Source: Squalus acanthias (lineage: Eukaryota). From it: a DNA stretch of 64,000 bases. The translations under genes and the position numbers were made by a program. The notes under the pieces were generated by a model that saw only the letters and a list, made by a program, of their open reading frames with translations, did not search any database and was not told the DNA's origin. Positions 12,743-25,915 of the stretch are shown here, one piece after another (the first letter of the stretch is position 1; every line of letters begins with the position of its first letter). The stretch covers positions 28,830,001-28,894,000 of the forward strand of contig CM059430.1 in assembly GCA_030390025.1 (NCBI GenBank), given 5' to 3'.

Positions 12743-13801
12743 CGTTCTTATTCATGGTCAACTTTGGGATAGCACGCCGAAATTTAGAAATTAACCCCTA
12801 ATCATGGTATATTGCTCACTGGCGAATATATGGTTACCCACCATCATCTCCTGCCATTTCTGAAGAAGGAAAATAACGCACAGCTGGATAGCAATAATAA
12901 CAGGCTAAAAATACTAAAACAGCACTAAACTTAAAAAAACCAGAATCAATCCACAAGGGGTAATATACATTTTTAAGAAATATTTCTTACAAACTCTGAT
13001 GAACAACAGGTTCTTGGGAGAAAGTCAGATTTGTCTCCTGGTAGCCCTTCAAGATTACACATGAACAATATGAGGAAAATGTTTGCCTACAAAGTTCAGA
13101 TGTTTTTGACAGAACTGAAAACTAATAGCCCAAATTGTGATTTATGCCATAAAAATTATTTCATATCATAGACTTTTCTTTCCAAGTAAACAAACTGTGT
13201 TTAACAGGTTTTACACCTTGTGAGGTGTGGTTTCAGTCTCTAGAGATTGCCGGTTCCTTTGTATATTCCTTGGTGCAGTTTTGCCTTTTACAATGAATTA
13301 CCTGAATGAATCTATTCAATTCACAGTCTATCAATTTGCATATATTAAAGTTTGAAATGAGCTACTCCAGCTAATAAAGTGACTTTAAATTAATCCATTT
13401 CTGTATTTGGAATCCGATGCGTCAGCCCTGAAATTCTGTGAGAGTTTGTCAGGTCTCCTGGCCCCAGACAAAAGGGATGAAAACTGTATGAAGACAAGAC
13501 AGAAATTTCCCTATTTGCTACATAAGGGTTTCAGATTGGCAAACGTTACAATTTTTAGAGATGCATATTTAAAATTGTAGGGGTGCGGTTGGCTTTGAGG
13601 TTTGACTTTAGAGCCCCTATTTTCCCAGCAACACCAACTGAATGCCAGCATGAGTGTATCCCTGGAGTGCTAAGAAATATAGATGCGTTTTCTCCTGTCC
13701 CCACCAGTCGCATATTCATCACTAGAGTAACAGACTACCACTAGATTACTGAGGATTGTGCACCTCCAATAGAGATACTAAGAAAAAGAAAAAAGGCTTA
13801 C

Positions 13802-13871
13802 CTTTGTTATTGTGATTTCCATGACAGATGACATTATCTGTCGACCGACTGTTATTACGGAAGTAAACTAA
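13802..13871 (-). other. Candidate 70-nt exon of an unidentified host transcript
   Basis: Acceptor ttttctgtattctgcag and donor AAG|gtaagc; one open frame LVYFRNNSRSTDNVICHGNHNNK; local CpG cluster. Confidence 0.3.
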
Positions 13872-16800
13872 CTGCAGAATACAGAAAATCACTTACTTCT
13901 ACAAAATGTCATTTTTCTCACTGTAGATGTGGCAGACATTTTTTTGTTAAACAGGAAATGGTATAAGCAAACATAAGGCACCCAAATTGGCTCTAATTCA
14001 TGAACTGAACAAATTAACCTGAACTGACCTAATCCAGGTCACTTCAGGCTTGCAGTTTTGTTGAACGCTCAGATCTAAAGGTTAAAATGGTTGACAGATC
14101 AAAAGAAAATCAGTCAAGTAATTTTCAGTGTGAGGAAAACTGTGTGAATGTATTCTTGTTTAAGGTAATTAAAACAAATTTAAAAAATACTTAGAACAAA
14201 ACAAATGCCAAAAACGCTCCATAAAATATGTAAAACCTTCATTCATTTACACCACATACTCTGTTGACCAGCCAGATTGATTCATTAACGGGATAAAACT
14301 GTCATTGGAGTTTGGGATTCTTCCCAGTTGGCACCAGATAACCCTGAAAGCTAATGCTCTAACTGGTAGGGTGATCCTAGCTGACAAGCACCAGGAAGCA
14401 TACCAATACTCGGTGTAGGTAAGCTGTGCAATTTTACTTGGTTAAACTCCACTATTACCCGTGAATACTTGTGGATCCTTAAATTCTTCCTCTTGCCAAC
14501 CTGTGCTTAAATTCTTTAGGCTTCGGCAAGTGGGATGCGTTACTATGGGGAGAGTGTTCACTCCATATCAGGCAAACTCTATTTATGTGAATTCCTCAAT
14601 CGTTTGATTTGGAGATTCCTAAGCACAGTGACGTGTTTCACGTGCATCAACTAGCTGACCAAAAACAATACCCAATGCAGATGCTACAGAAGGACCTATT
14701 TTCGTAGTTTAATGCTCCCTAGAGGATTCTCCTGGAATTGCTTTTGTCAAATTTGAAATGTATTGACATACTTTTGAACAGTGCAGCAAAGTCAGAAGCA
14801 TTTTTATTTGGAATCAGGTTTGCATTCTTTTCATCAAATTCTCACCAACGGTTTGAGTGGACTGGAAACACTGGCATTTTTATGAGAACAGCAATAGCGT
14901 TTATGGACTTTCTGGTTCCTCCAGGAAGCTTTCATTCTTTCCTACTCAGTCAAGAGAGAGAGAAGAAAGAGCCACAATTATGTCTAGCAAAACATTCCTG
15001 CAGTAACTGTAACCACAGCATGAAACCACACGTCATTAAATGCAATGGCTGCCAGGTCAGTCCAGAGAGGACAGACAGCTCTATTCATAAGAGAGGTATC
15101 CTGCAACAATGGAAGCTACTGGTTGTGCATTTCTAAGTGCTATAAGAGTGTGCCTAAATGAAAGGCCACTTCAAACATCCCTATCAGAGAGTGAACATGA
15201 TTAAATAATGTCAATATTCATCAGTAAGACAAAGCATATTCTGTTTGGTTGGGAAGGTGCATTACGTTCAAATGCCAGGATAAATCTAGTTTGTGTATTT
15301 TTCTTTCATCAGTGAAAAATATGAAAATGGAATATTTTAAGTCTGAATTTTTTACATAAATATTTTTCTTTCCTGACGTGTTCAGATTTGGAAATATACT
15401 TGGATACAATAGAGAGGCACTGTTCTTTCATGCCGAGCCTGTAAATTAGACAATGAAAATATGACTTACAGTGACCCCTGGCAAAAGTTGTAGCTCAAAA
15501 GGTAAAAATGGAGGTCAGTGCAGCAATTTAGATGGAATGAAGGAAATATTTTTAAAGCTAACATGGATGAGGTACAGACACGGAAACATCTGGTACAGCT
15601 GGGTTACTTAGCGGCAAATAAAATGGGTGACTTCTATATACGGTTTCAGGCCTTTTTCTCCAATAACAGCACAAAAAATGTTGGAATTCCATTTCCAAAG
15701 ACTTAAAGAAAAAGTGAAACACCGACGCTATTGTGATGGGGCAAAAACACTAAAGCTCCACAGAAGATGCAAGATAAGTAAAAAAAAATAGATTCTATCG
15801 CATTTTGGACCTGACAGTACAACAACGAAGCTGAATAGTTCCACTGTCCAATAGGACCAGTGCTTGGGGGGTCAGATTCTGGCGCGGAGTTACTGAGAGA
15901 ATGAGTCGCTGAATAAACACATTGCAGTATTATCAATAAATTCCTTGGAGCTAAATTGTAGTAAAGCCAGATACCTCCAATTTGTAAGATCTTTTGACCT
16001 GGTACAACCTTACAGATGATGGCATTAGTAATTACAGCCTGTACCAGATGAGCTCGCCTTCAAAATATTTTGCTCTGCAATGTTCATTGTGCAATTTTTC
16101 TGCAGCACTTAGAATTTACTTTTCAAGGTTATTGGGGTATTACTGATTGTAGAACCTTTTTGGAAGCAAACTGGACAGAACACTTTGGACTGCAGAACAG
16201 AAACCTAACACAGAGCTTAGACAAAAGGCAAAATACTGCGAGTTCATTATTTTATTGCCCACTCTTTTGAAGGAATATATGTACGTAATACAAATCTAAA
16301 TTATGTGGTTGACCTATTAACTGGAATTTAACTAAATGGTCTGGTCATAACTTACTGAATATTTTCATTGCCTAATAACTAGAGATAAGCACTAAACCAA
16401 TGCATAGTTCAGAATGATACAAATTGAGCCATTTCCAGTTTGTTTGCAAACATGTGGATTTGGCTTATTTCAAATTACACGCGTGGTCAGATGTGCCTGT
16501 CCCTTTAAGTAAATAGAGTAGCACAAATGCACAGAGGGCACAAATATCAGTCTGTACACTGATACAAACATTTTACTGTCTATCATGGTGGCATGAATTC
16601 ACAGTGGGATAACAGCATGCCATTCTTGAAAGTGTTTTCCATGTCCTGCCATTAGTTTCTTGCTGTCATTTATGCAGCATAGAGAAATATCTGTAATAGG
16701 ATTCATTTATAAAATGTTTCTGATCTGTGGTGATGCTCTTATACCCGGTTCAGTAATAAGCAAACATCTGTTACCCGGTGGTCCAGGGACATTGACTTTG

Positions 16801-17739
16801 GACTTGCCATCAGTTTGGGCTTCTGACGCCAAATCTAAAGTCAAAGAAAGCTAAACGATCAAGCTCCGTCTCTTAATTTCCTGTCACCTGGAAATATTTT
16901 CACATGCATTTAAGAATAATTTTTGGCAATACAGAAACCTTTATTGTCAATTTGTGCAGAAAAAAAGAAAACCAGGAGATATTTTGAAAAGCAGCAGTTC
17001 CCAGTATTTTGAGTTAGTATGAGTTCTCCCACTGCGAGTAACTGTTTTTCTTTTCTTTTTGGTTCCAGCAATATCTGTGTACTATGGCCAATGGTTACAT
17101 ACTGTTCTTTGCTTTTTTTTCCCTTTATGTTGCCTACTGCCTCCCACTGCTACACTTCCTTCTCCAACCAGGAAGATAGGACTGTCTAAATCAAAGATTT
17201 CTATACAACTGCTGTGTCAGGCCCAGTTAATTCAACATAGTAGGTATAATCTTGTATTTTTTGACTCCAAGTCTTAGAGAAAACAGAGTTTCTGTGCAGG
17301 ACTCCAATTTACTCTATCTTTTTAATAGTCCAAATGAGAAATGGGAATAAAGGCAGATGAGACTGAACCTTAACTGAAACTGGAACTCATGATTCGTAAT
17401 CCTTAGTAAGGCTGGGATTCAACCCGAGTGATCTCGTTTGGAGTTCAGTGTTCTTCCATTAGACCGACCACCAAATAGGTCCTGTGCCACATACTTCAAA
17501 CAGATGGAAAGATTGATCAACAACAGTAATGGGATAGGGAATTAAACAAGTACTAAAATAGGGAGATAACTTTTTTGGGGTGATTTTTTCCCCATACCTA
17601 TATGTGGTTAAAACAAAGTGCAAGACTTCAATGGAACGGGAAATCACGCGGGGTTTATAATGGGCGGCTGACTGGTTACCACTCATTTTATGCGCATGTT
17701 GAAGTTGCTAAGCTCAGCTCTTTTAACTCATACTCTACG

Positions 17740-19420
17740 TAGAGAAATTTTCTAGTTTCTTTGTTAATTCTTTGTAAATATTGTAAATATGTGCCTTTTC
17801 ATTACTGTCTTGTTGCCCAGTGGAAACGGTCCATCACTGTACCTTTTTGATTGTTTAATATCCTTCATTTAATATTGGGTCGCCTAAACTGCACACAGTA
17901 CTCCAACTGTGGCCTAAGGTCTTGTATCAGTTCAACATTACCTCCTTACGTTTGTACCCTATGGCTCTAGATACAAAGCCAAGAATTCAGTTTGCCTTTT
18001 TATGGCCTTCATCTACTTGCGCTGCCATCTTCTGAACACCAAATTCCCCCTGTTTTTCTACTTCATTTCAAATCTCATCAGCTAAGCTGTATTCCTTCCC
18101 TATTACTTCTAAAATGTGTTACTTCACATTTTGCTACATTGAATTGCATCTGTCAGGTATCTGCCCATCCTGCAAGCCCACCTTTGTCTGTTAGCAGTCT
18201 TTCACAATCTTTGTCACAATTTACCATACATGGAATCATCAGCAAATTGTGATAATATTCCCTCAATTCCCAAGTCCAGATCATTTATTTATTTATATAC
18301 AATTAAGCAGTTCCAAGAGGCACTCCTGTGGAACAATACCCACCACACCCTTCCATTCTTCGAAACTTCCTTTTACCCCATCTTTGCTTTCTGCCTTCCA
18401 ACCATTTCTTTATCCATAGTTCCCTTGATTCCATGTGCCATTATCATTGTCATAAGTCCCTTATGTGGTACCTTATCAAATAGTTTTTGAAAATTCATAT
18501 AAACCACACCCCTGCATTTATATGATCCATTATCTCTTATTTCTTCAAATAATTTTTTTAAGTTGGTATAGCACAACATGTCGTTTAGAAATCTATGCTG
18601 ACTGGCCTTGATGAGCTCCAACTGCTGAGTAAATTCATAATATAGACTCCTATAGTTTACCAACAAATAAAGTAAGACACATTGGCCTATAATTTCTTGG
18701 CTTATCCTGGTCTCCATGTTTGGAGAGGAGAGTTACATTTGCCACTCCCTAGTCCTCTGGCAACATTTTCCTTTCCACAGAATTTTGGAAAATTAGTCAT
18801 GGCCTGCACCATTTCTTTCCTAGCTTCCCTCAAAATCCTCAGATGTAAGCTGAAAGGGCGTGGTGATTTATCTACCTAAGTTTGAGTAACTTCTTTTGTA
18901 CTAATCTCTTTCTGAATAATAACTTTTCTACACCCACCTCTGGTGTTTCTACAATTTCAATAACCATCTCCTCTGTGAAAACTGAGGCAAAGTACTTATT
19001 TAGTATTTCTGTCATCCCCTCACTCACTACTACAAGCTAGTCTCTTTCATCTCTTCATAGCTCTACTTTGACTATCCTCTTACTACTAATGTGCTGTTAG
19101 AATTCCTTTTTATTGTCCTTCATGCTTTCAATTAGCTAATTTTCTATCATACACCCTCTCAGCCTTTTTAATCTCTCTTTTTGTAGCTTTCCAGTTATAT
19201 TCTTCATATTTTCCTTACTTTCTTCTTGCAATCTGCTCTGTAAATACAACTTTTTTCAGTTTCAAAACTGATCTAATCTCCCTAATCATCCATAGAACCG
19301 TAGCCTTTGATACATTCCCTTTTTTAGCTCCTAGAATGAAACCAGATTTCGAGACACATGTCTGCCTATGCCATGTATGGTCACATACCACCAGATAGCC
19401 AATGCCAATAGAGCAAAAAA
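17740..19420 (-). mobile_element. Ancient degenerate CR1 ORF2 fragment
   Basis: ORF 18373-18717 contains VVYMNFQKLFDKVPHKGL..AHGIKG (CR1 RT motif). Confidence 0.8.
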
Positions 19421-22400
19421 CAAAGTGCAAATTGCATACAAGTACTGTATAAACAACATGATAAAATCAGCAAATGTCAACTGAGAACATTGGCCAAAAT
19501 TGTGTGAGTTGGCTGTATGCATGATGCGAATGTGGGGGGGGGGGGGGGGGGGGGCGGGGAGGGGTGAATACCCATTCTTAACAAATTTCACTTTAACTGA
19601 GGGATGAAACCCAGGCCAAATCTATCCTCAGGGAACTATGCAGCTGAAACCTCTGCTCCTCAGTGCCAGCCGTACAGGTGCATGCTGAGTGCAGAAGGAG
19701 TGAAATTCGGGGACAGAGGCTTTGCGCTGCAAAAGCACTGCTTGAGGTTTTCCATCTGGGCAGTGCTGGGAGGGCAGGAGGCTCACACTGCTCCTCATTA
19801 AACATTTAACATCGATGTATTTAGAGGAGGGGCTTCTCTACCCTGCAACTCTTGGTGGTTTGCATGCAGCATTGCTCAGCAGGCACATAGCCACCAGGAG
19901 AGACTCCCTGCCCCTGTTAAATAAAGTTCCACACACTAAGAATGGTATTTTTTATTTTTGGTTTTCTATCATTGCATTTATTTAGGACCTTTTTCAGTAT
20001 TTAAGTTTCATTCACTATTTTTCCCTTTTACCACCTGTCAGTCAGGCATATTTCACTGTAATGTGCAACAGCCTCCGCTGATCAGATGGCCATTTTGGAA
20101 GTCCTCTTGCCCACTGGGAGCTGGAGGAAAGGAAGCTTTCCCGAGGATTCACCAGAGGCATATCAGTCTGTACCTGAGACAGGAGGCAGGGCGACAGATC
20201 CTGCCCGAGCTCCTTGGAGGTGTCACAGGAGACCTGACAAGGGACCATTTTCTAGGCTGAAATTGAGCCCTACAAGCAGATAAGTAATCTTGAGAAGTTG
20301 TAAGTTCAAGGAGCCAAGCACAGTGACAGATGTGCACAACCTGCATGTCAGTCTGGGTGTGAATACGTGCTTGTGCATCATGCAGCTAGTTGTTCTAAAA
20401 TAATTTGACATGTTTTGGGCTTTAAAGGTGCGAGTGTGGGAAGGTTTTAATTCTATGTGGCTTCTTGAAGTTTGTCCATCTGAGGAATGGGTATGCATGA
20501 GATGCAACAAATGAGTTGTATGTTTGCGCGAGCGGCTGGCATTAGTGAAGAGTATACGTGGATCAGACACCACTTCGTAGTAAGCAATCCTTGGGCCATC
20601 CATGAGACACAGGAACTACTGGGTGCTGTTTGTTTGCTGATTCCTTTAAGTGTGTCGTCTTCTTCTCTATCGGTTTCCCCGTCCTGCAGGTAATGTACAC
20701 TGTGTTTAGCCTGCTTACCACCTCCTACTAGGAATGGTGCACTGTTGTCCTCTGGTGAGGATGCTCATAAGAGCCAAATTGGGCAGCCCTCCTTTCAGCC
20801 ACGTCATGCAGCTGCATAACCATTTAGCCATCCATCAAACAGGGGTTGGGTATAATACTACTCTGTCACTTGCCAACAAAATCTGTATCGTGTCTCCACA
20901 CTGGGATTCCTTACACTTCATTTATGCTTCTTCCCCATTTGTCTCCGCCCTCCCTAGCCTTGGCCAAGACTGAAAAATATTTGAAAATGATTTTGAAGCT
21001 TAATAAAGACTGAAATAAATATTTGTCTCCATGTGAAAGCACTTGCCTCTAAGAGTGCATGTCCCTTTAATTAGGATCTGCTGCCCACAAATTCCACTTG
21101 CTCCCTGCACAAGGTTGAAAACTGTATTGGCAGCCATATATAATTATTCACATGCTGAGAAGCGGACAATTTGGGGCAATTACGGCACTGCTCCACTGAC
21201 ATGCTTTGCACCAGCAATGTGTCACAAAATCTCAATTGTATTGATAATGCAATTTCAGTTTCTATACTCCATGATGATAGGATCAATAATGATACTTTTG
21301 GAAAAATAAATGTTTTGCAGCATCAGTATTTGTTGCAGAATATTCCGAGACTTTTACATAGTGATAGAGGCACTATGCCACCCACCCCTGCCCCCCATTT
21401 TGCAATATGAATTCTTTGGAACAGACAAAGGGAAACAACTACAAGCCTCTTTGACAGATATTGAAGTCATTTGTCAGGCCTTCTCCTAAGCCATTAATAA
21501 CAATTCCCCTACCATGGTGCAAAAGATTACCTGCCCCCTAACTGTACAACTATATTCTACTTGGATCAAAAAGAGAAGCCTCACAGTCAAACCAACAGCC
21601 TTCTCCTTTTGCCGCACATTTATTCTTCGTATCCACACTTATTTTCTCTGTTCTTTGACCTACTGCTTGGCACCACGGTATTACCCTATTATCGGCTCTC
21701 TCCAAGGCAGGGTGTCCAAGTCTTGCATGAGGTGCTGCCATCATCGCATCTGCAGCATGCAGATAGTGTCATCATTGGGAACTCTCAGTAATTTGAGCTC
21801 AGAGCTTGGTGCAGCCTACATTAAGATATAGGCAATTTGTTCAAGTTTTTTTCTGTGCTCTCAGTAGCTACCAGGGTTAAATTCTTCATTACATTTGCTT
21901 CCAGTTTTTATGCCACCTAATACATCAAAAAATTAGAAATGGTTGGTGAACATTATTATTAAAGTGCGTCTGCTGAAGCGTAGGGAGGGAAAAACCTTTG
22001 AAATAAAGGTGTTTTTCGGTGTTTTGGTTATGTAAACTCAAGATGTCACTGAGTCCAATGCTCCTGCTGTAGACCTCTGTAAAGTCTAACGTCAAATAAT
22101 GAAGATAATACCAGTGAAGAGACTGGCACTATTGGTAAGTAAGTAAGTAGAACTATGATCTTGCCTTTCAGATAATAACTTACACAAGGAAGAACCAATG
22201 CCAGCTTCATTATGATCTGTCTGCTGATACAACAATTAGATCTGATTTAGTTTTATTCAAGATTATTGACGGGAAACCATTTTTAATGACATTATTCAAA
22301 GAAAGCTGCACAGCAATTCAGTAAGTTCTTGGAAATAAAAAAGCAAAATCATGCAAATTCTTCATCTTACATAAGTTACACAGGAACAGTCTTAAAATAG

Positions 22401-22924
22401 TAGCGCTGAATGTCTTTGATCTTTTGTTTGAGAGTGACTGCAGGATGAGCATTCACACTCACAGGGCTAGAACTGAAGAATGCTTAGATCTTCCTACAGA
22501 AGATCTTAAGGGGCCTTTATGCTCCTGGTTTGCGACAGCAATTCTGTGCGCTGCTCTGCCCCTTATACACTCTGCTGCCAGGAGGGGATCTTTGGGGCAC
22601 TCTGGGTTTTGCTGTATGATTTGGAGACCTGGAGGGGAAATGCATGGGACTGGCTCCCAATGTCTACTCCAAGAGGCAGCCTCATATTTTTGTGAGTTTA
22701 TGATGCCATTGGTGCCTGGAATATTGGGTTGTTAATACCTTGGAGGGCAACTGACTGAGGGAGAATCACACATCTGCAGACGGCTGCAGGGTAAAAGTTC
22801 CTTTACTTACGACTTTAGTGAAATATATTAAGTCATGCTTCTGGTGTCATGGAGTCCTGTTAAAATATATCTCAGATGGTTACAGCTGGCTGGCAACACT
22901 GACCATAAGATGACGATTTTTATA

Positions 22925-23250
22925 GGAATATTGGAACATTAGGAACAGGAGGCCATTCAACCCCTCGAGCCTGCTCCGCCATTCAATTACATCATGGCTG
23001 ATCTGCACCTTAGCTCCATTTACCCGGCTTTGCTCCATATCCCTTGATACCCTCACCTCACAAAAATCTAGCGATCTCAGTTTTGAAAGCTTCAATTGTC
23101 TCAGCACCCACAGCCATTTGGGGGGAATAGAGTTCAAAATTTCTACCACCCTTTGTGTGGAAAAAGTGCTTCTTGATTTCGCTCCTGAAAGGCCTAATAT
23201 TAAGATCATGTCCCCCTTGTTCTTGATTCCCCCACCACAGGAAATAGTTA
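22925..23250 (-). mobile_element. CR1 3' end
   Basis: FSTQRVVEILNS motif and 3' UTR matching 47115-47213. Confidence 0.85.
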
Positions 23251-23514
23251 ACTAGTTATTGGGTGTGGATGTGTATCCCAGCATGAGTCACCATCTTCCG
23301 TACAGTAAGAAAGGAAAAGAGAGAGCACTGAAAGGGGGAGTGAATATACTGTAATGATAATATAATGAACATAAGTAAAGATTTAGCCCCCATATATAAT
23401 TTGCAGAGGTGCAAGAAATGGACCCATTGCATCAATATTAGATTGCTAACTAAAGAAGGGGATTTTAGCAACATGTGGTGCAAAACAATAGCATTCAAAA
23501 AGAAAATAACTTAC

Positions 23515-23529
23515 TAATGTTATGCAAGC
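23515..23529 (-). other. Candidate 15-nt microexon
   Basis: tctgtttcttttctcattcttgcag|GCTTGCATAACATTA|gtaagt. Confidence 0.3.
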
Positions 23530-24575
23530 CTGCAAGAATGAGAAAAGAAACAGATCAACAATGATGTGAGAGCAAAACGAGTTTAGAAATCTTCGTAAAC
23601 TAAGCAGAATTTGATTTTCTTCACCTCGGGTATGTCACTCTCACAATTTTGTAACACACAAATGACACCTGATATTCTACAGTACCTCCCCCATCCCAAA
23701 TTGCGGAAGGATATTAAGTTTCTATTGTGCCACTGGGATGTTAGGGGTCGGAGCCACAGCTCTCACAACCCTCTGGATAGTCTTCGATCAGATATCCCCA
23801 GGTTCTAAAAATGACATTGCTCTTCCGATTCTGGGAGCAATGTGCTCCTTACTTTTATTCTGATGGTGTACTGGAAATGGATACATAGTGGCATGAAGCG
23901 CTGGCACCAAATAAAACACTGTTCTGAGATGTGATAGTGTGGCACTAACATGATAAATAAAAATGATGGTTTTTGTTATTATATAAAGTGAGAATCTCTT
24001 TCCCGTCCCTACTCTACTGCAGGCTACAGCCAAAAGGTTCACTTTGTGCTTGCTGTAATTCCTTTCTCCTTCATTGCCAGTTTAGGATATAATTCAGAAC
24101 ACTGTTGTGATATAAACAAAAGCAATTTTTGCAGGTTATTCACATGAGTTTGTAGCACTTCAGTTTGATGCTGTCAGCCATCCAAATACACCATGCTCAG
24201 CAACAACTTAACGATATGCAATTCCAGACCTGGTTCCACTTTGCTCAGTGTTGCTTAAGATACAAGTTGCTCATTACATTCTAGCAATAGTAAAGATTGT
24301 AACTGCAAAATTTTAATTGAATCCCATTTACAGATAACTACATGTGGCTTAACTTTGCACCTGCTCACATCAACAACTTTGGTTTAAACTGAAATTTAAT
24401 AATCCTCACATGGCATAGGTTACGAGTAAAAGCATTGCTACTTGATTTATACAATACATAACTAAGGTGTCTCATTTCTACACATTACATTAAACCCCAG
24501 TACTGGACTCATTCATGTTGTCAGGCTTCAGACCATTTTGTTCTAGCATTGAAGAAAATTAGGAGAAGATACAAT

Positions 24576-25025
24576 GGGGCAGAAATTCAACTTGTGTCCA
24601 AAACAGGCACAAAGTTGGCAGAGTGACCGCTCTGTGCACCGATCTATGCCATCCTGTTGGGCGTCATTTAAATGTCGCTGGAGAGCACCAAACAGGCACC
24701 CCGCTACAACTCGCTGGGGCATCGGGGGCGGGGGGTGGGGGTGGGAGAGGTGATCCCAAGAACCATTGGTTAAGCCATCCAATGCTTGGTCCAACTAGGC
24801 AGAGCATGCACGGTACACATTCTTCCCGTTTCTACCTGAGTTTTGCAAACAGGATCCTACAATTTGCGTATTTAAGCAGGCTGATGCAATTTACAGGACT
24901 GCCTGAAAATGAGGTGGGCTTTGGGCATCAATGGGGAGGCCGAGGCACGCCAACTCCAATTTCCAACTGATGCTCACCTGTTTTACTGGCACAAAACGGT
25001 CGGCCGTGAATTGAATTTCTCCCCC
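24576..25025. mobile_element. GC-rich MITE
   Basis: TIRs ggggcagaaattcaa / ttgaatttctccccc; AAT on both sides. Confidence 0.8.
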
Positions 25026-25784
25026 AATGGTTCTCCTTGCATAAGCCTGTGCTTCAAAACAGAGGATGCCATCCAGTCCAATCTGATAAACTCATTCTGT
25101 AATCTTTGTCAATCAAATGATTTGCATTTCTGCTACGAACGTTTTCAAAACCATCATCAGGATTACCCACAGGATGGGGGCCATTTCCAGGATAAGCTCA
25201 GGCAGCTTTGTGTCAAAAGCAATTTGTAAACACTAAACATTGCATCACTCAATTGGCTACAAACCTTTATCTCTTATGTCTTTACAGCACCTGCCGATAA
25301 TACTATTTTGGTGGTTACTTTGAACTTTGATGCATTGCTCTCTGAGTAGAGTTATATTGCCATTTTTGTGTCACTGAGAAGTGGTTGATGCTTCGCAATG
25401 ATACAGAAGTAACACATAACTCCAGAGATTCCAACCCTGCTCTGCATCTGTGGAAATCACATCAAACAGTTGCTTTCCTTTGCCTTTAACTACTGCACAT
25501 CATCCCACTCTCCTATTGTGTAGCCTCACTCAACAAGAGTAAGAGCCAGAGAATCAAGGCCACAATGATGTAGCCATAATTTTGTCCTGTGCTCACTTTG
25601 AATGAGGCTTCCATGGTGGCAGTGCAGGATCCCAAATACCCTTGCATTTAAGCCATCTTGAAACAATCTTAAAAGATTCTGTAGAAACCATAATATCCTT
25701 AAGAATGGGGTTAGCTTTCATATATATGCCGACAATACTTATCCTCAGAAAGCAAGGTGTCAATCTTTAATATAAACACTTACT

Positions 25785-25915
25785 AGTGTCAGCTTGTATA
25801 GTTGTTAGCACTATGCAGAAGGCTGTGGATTCTAGTCCCACTGCAGGATTTAAGCATATAACCTAGGTTGACTCAATGCAGTACTGAGGGATTGCACTCT
25901 TAGAGGCACATTCCT
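25785..25915 (+). mobile_element. Degenerate DeuSINE head
   Basis: tRNA-like head followed by tgcagtactgaggga, similar to the 7885-7958 head. Confidence 0.5.

Noticed and set aside
19534-19565. Long G run
   Set aside because: Simple homopolymer of unreliable length with no functional evidence
19600-20980. Cluster of short ORFs in moderately GC-rich sequence
   Set aside because: No recognisable protein motif or consistent splice structure; may be an old element or an enhancer
22812-22857. Minus-strand exon-like segment
   Set aside because: Stops in all three frames; splice-like motifs alone are insufficient
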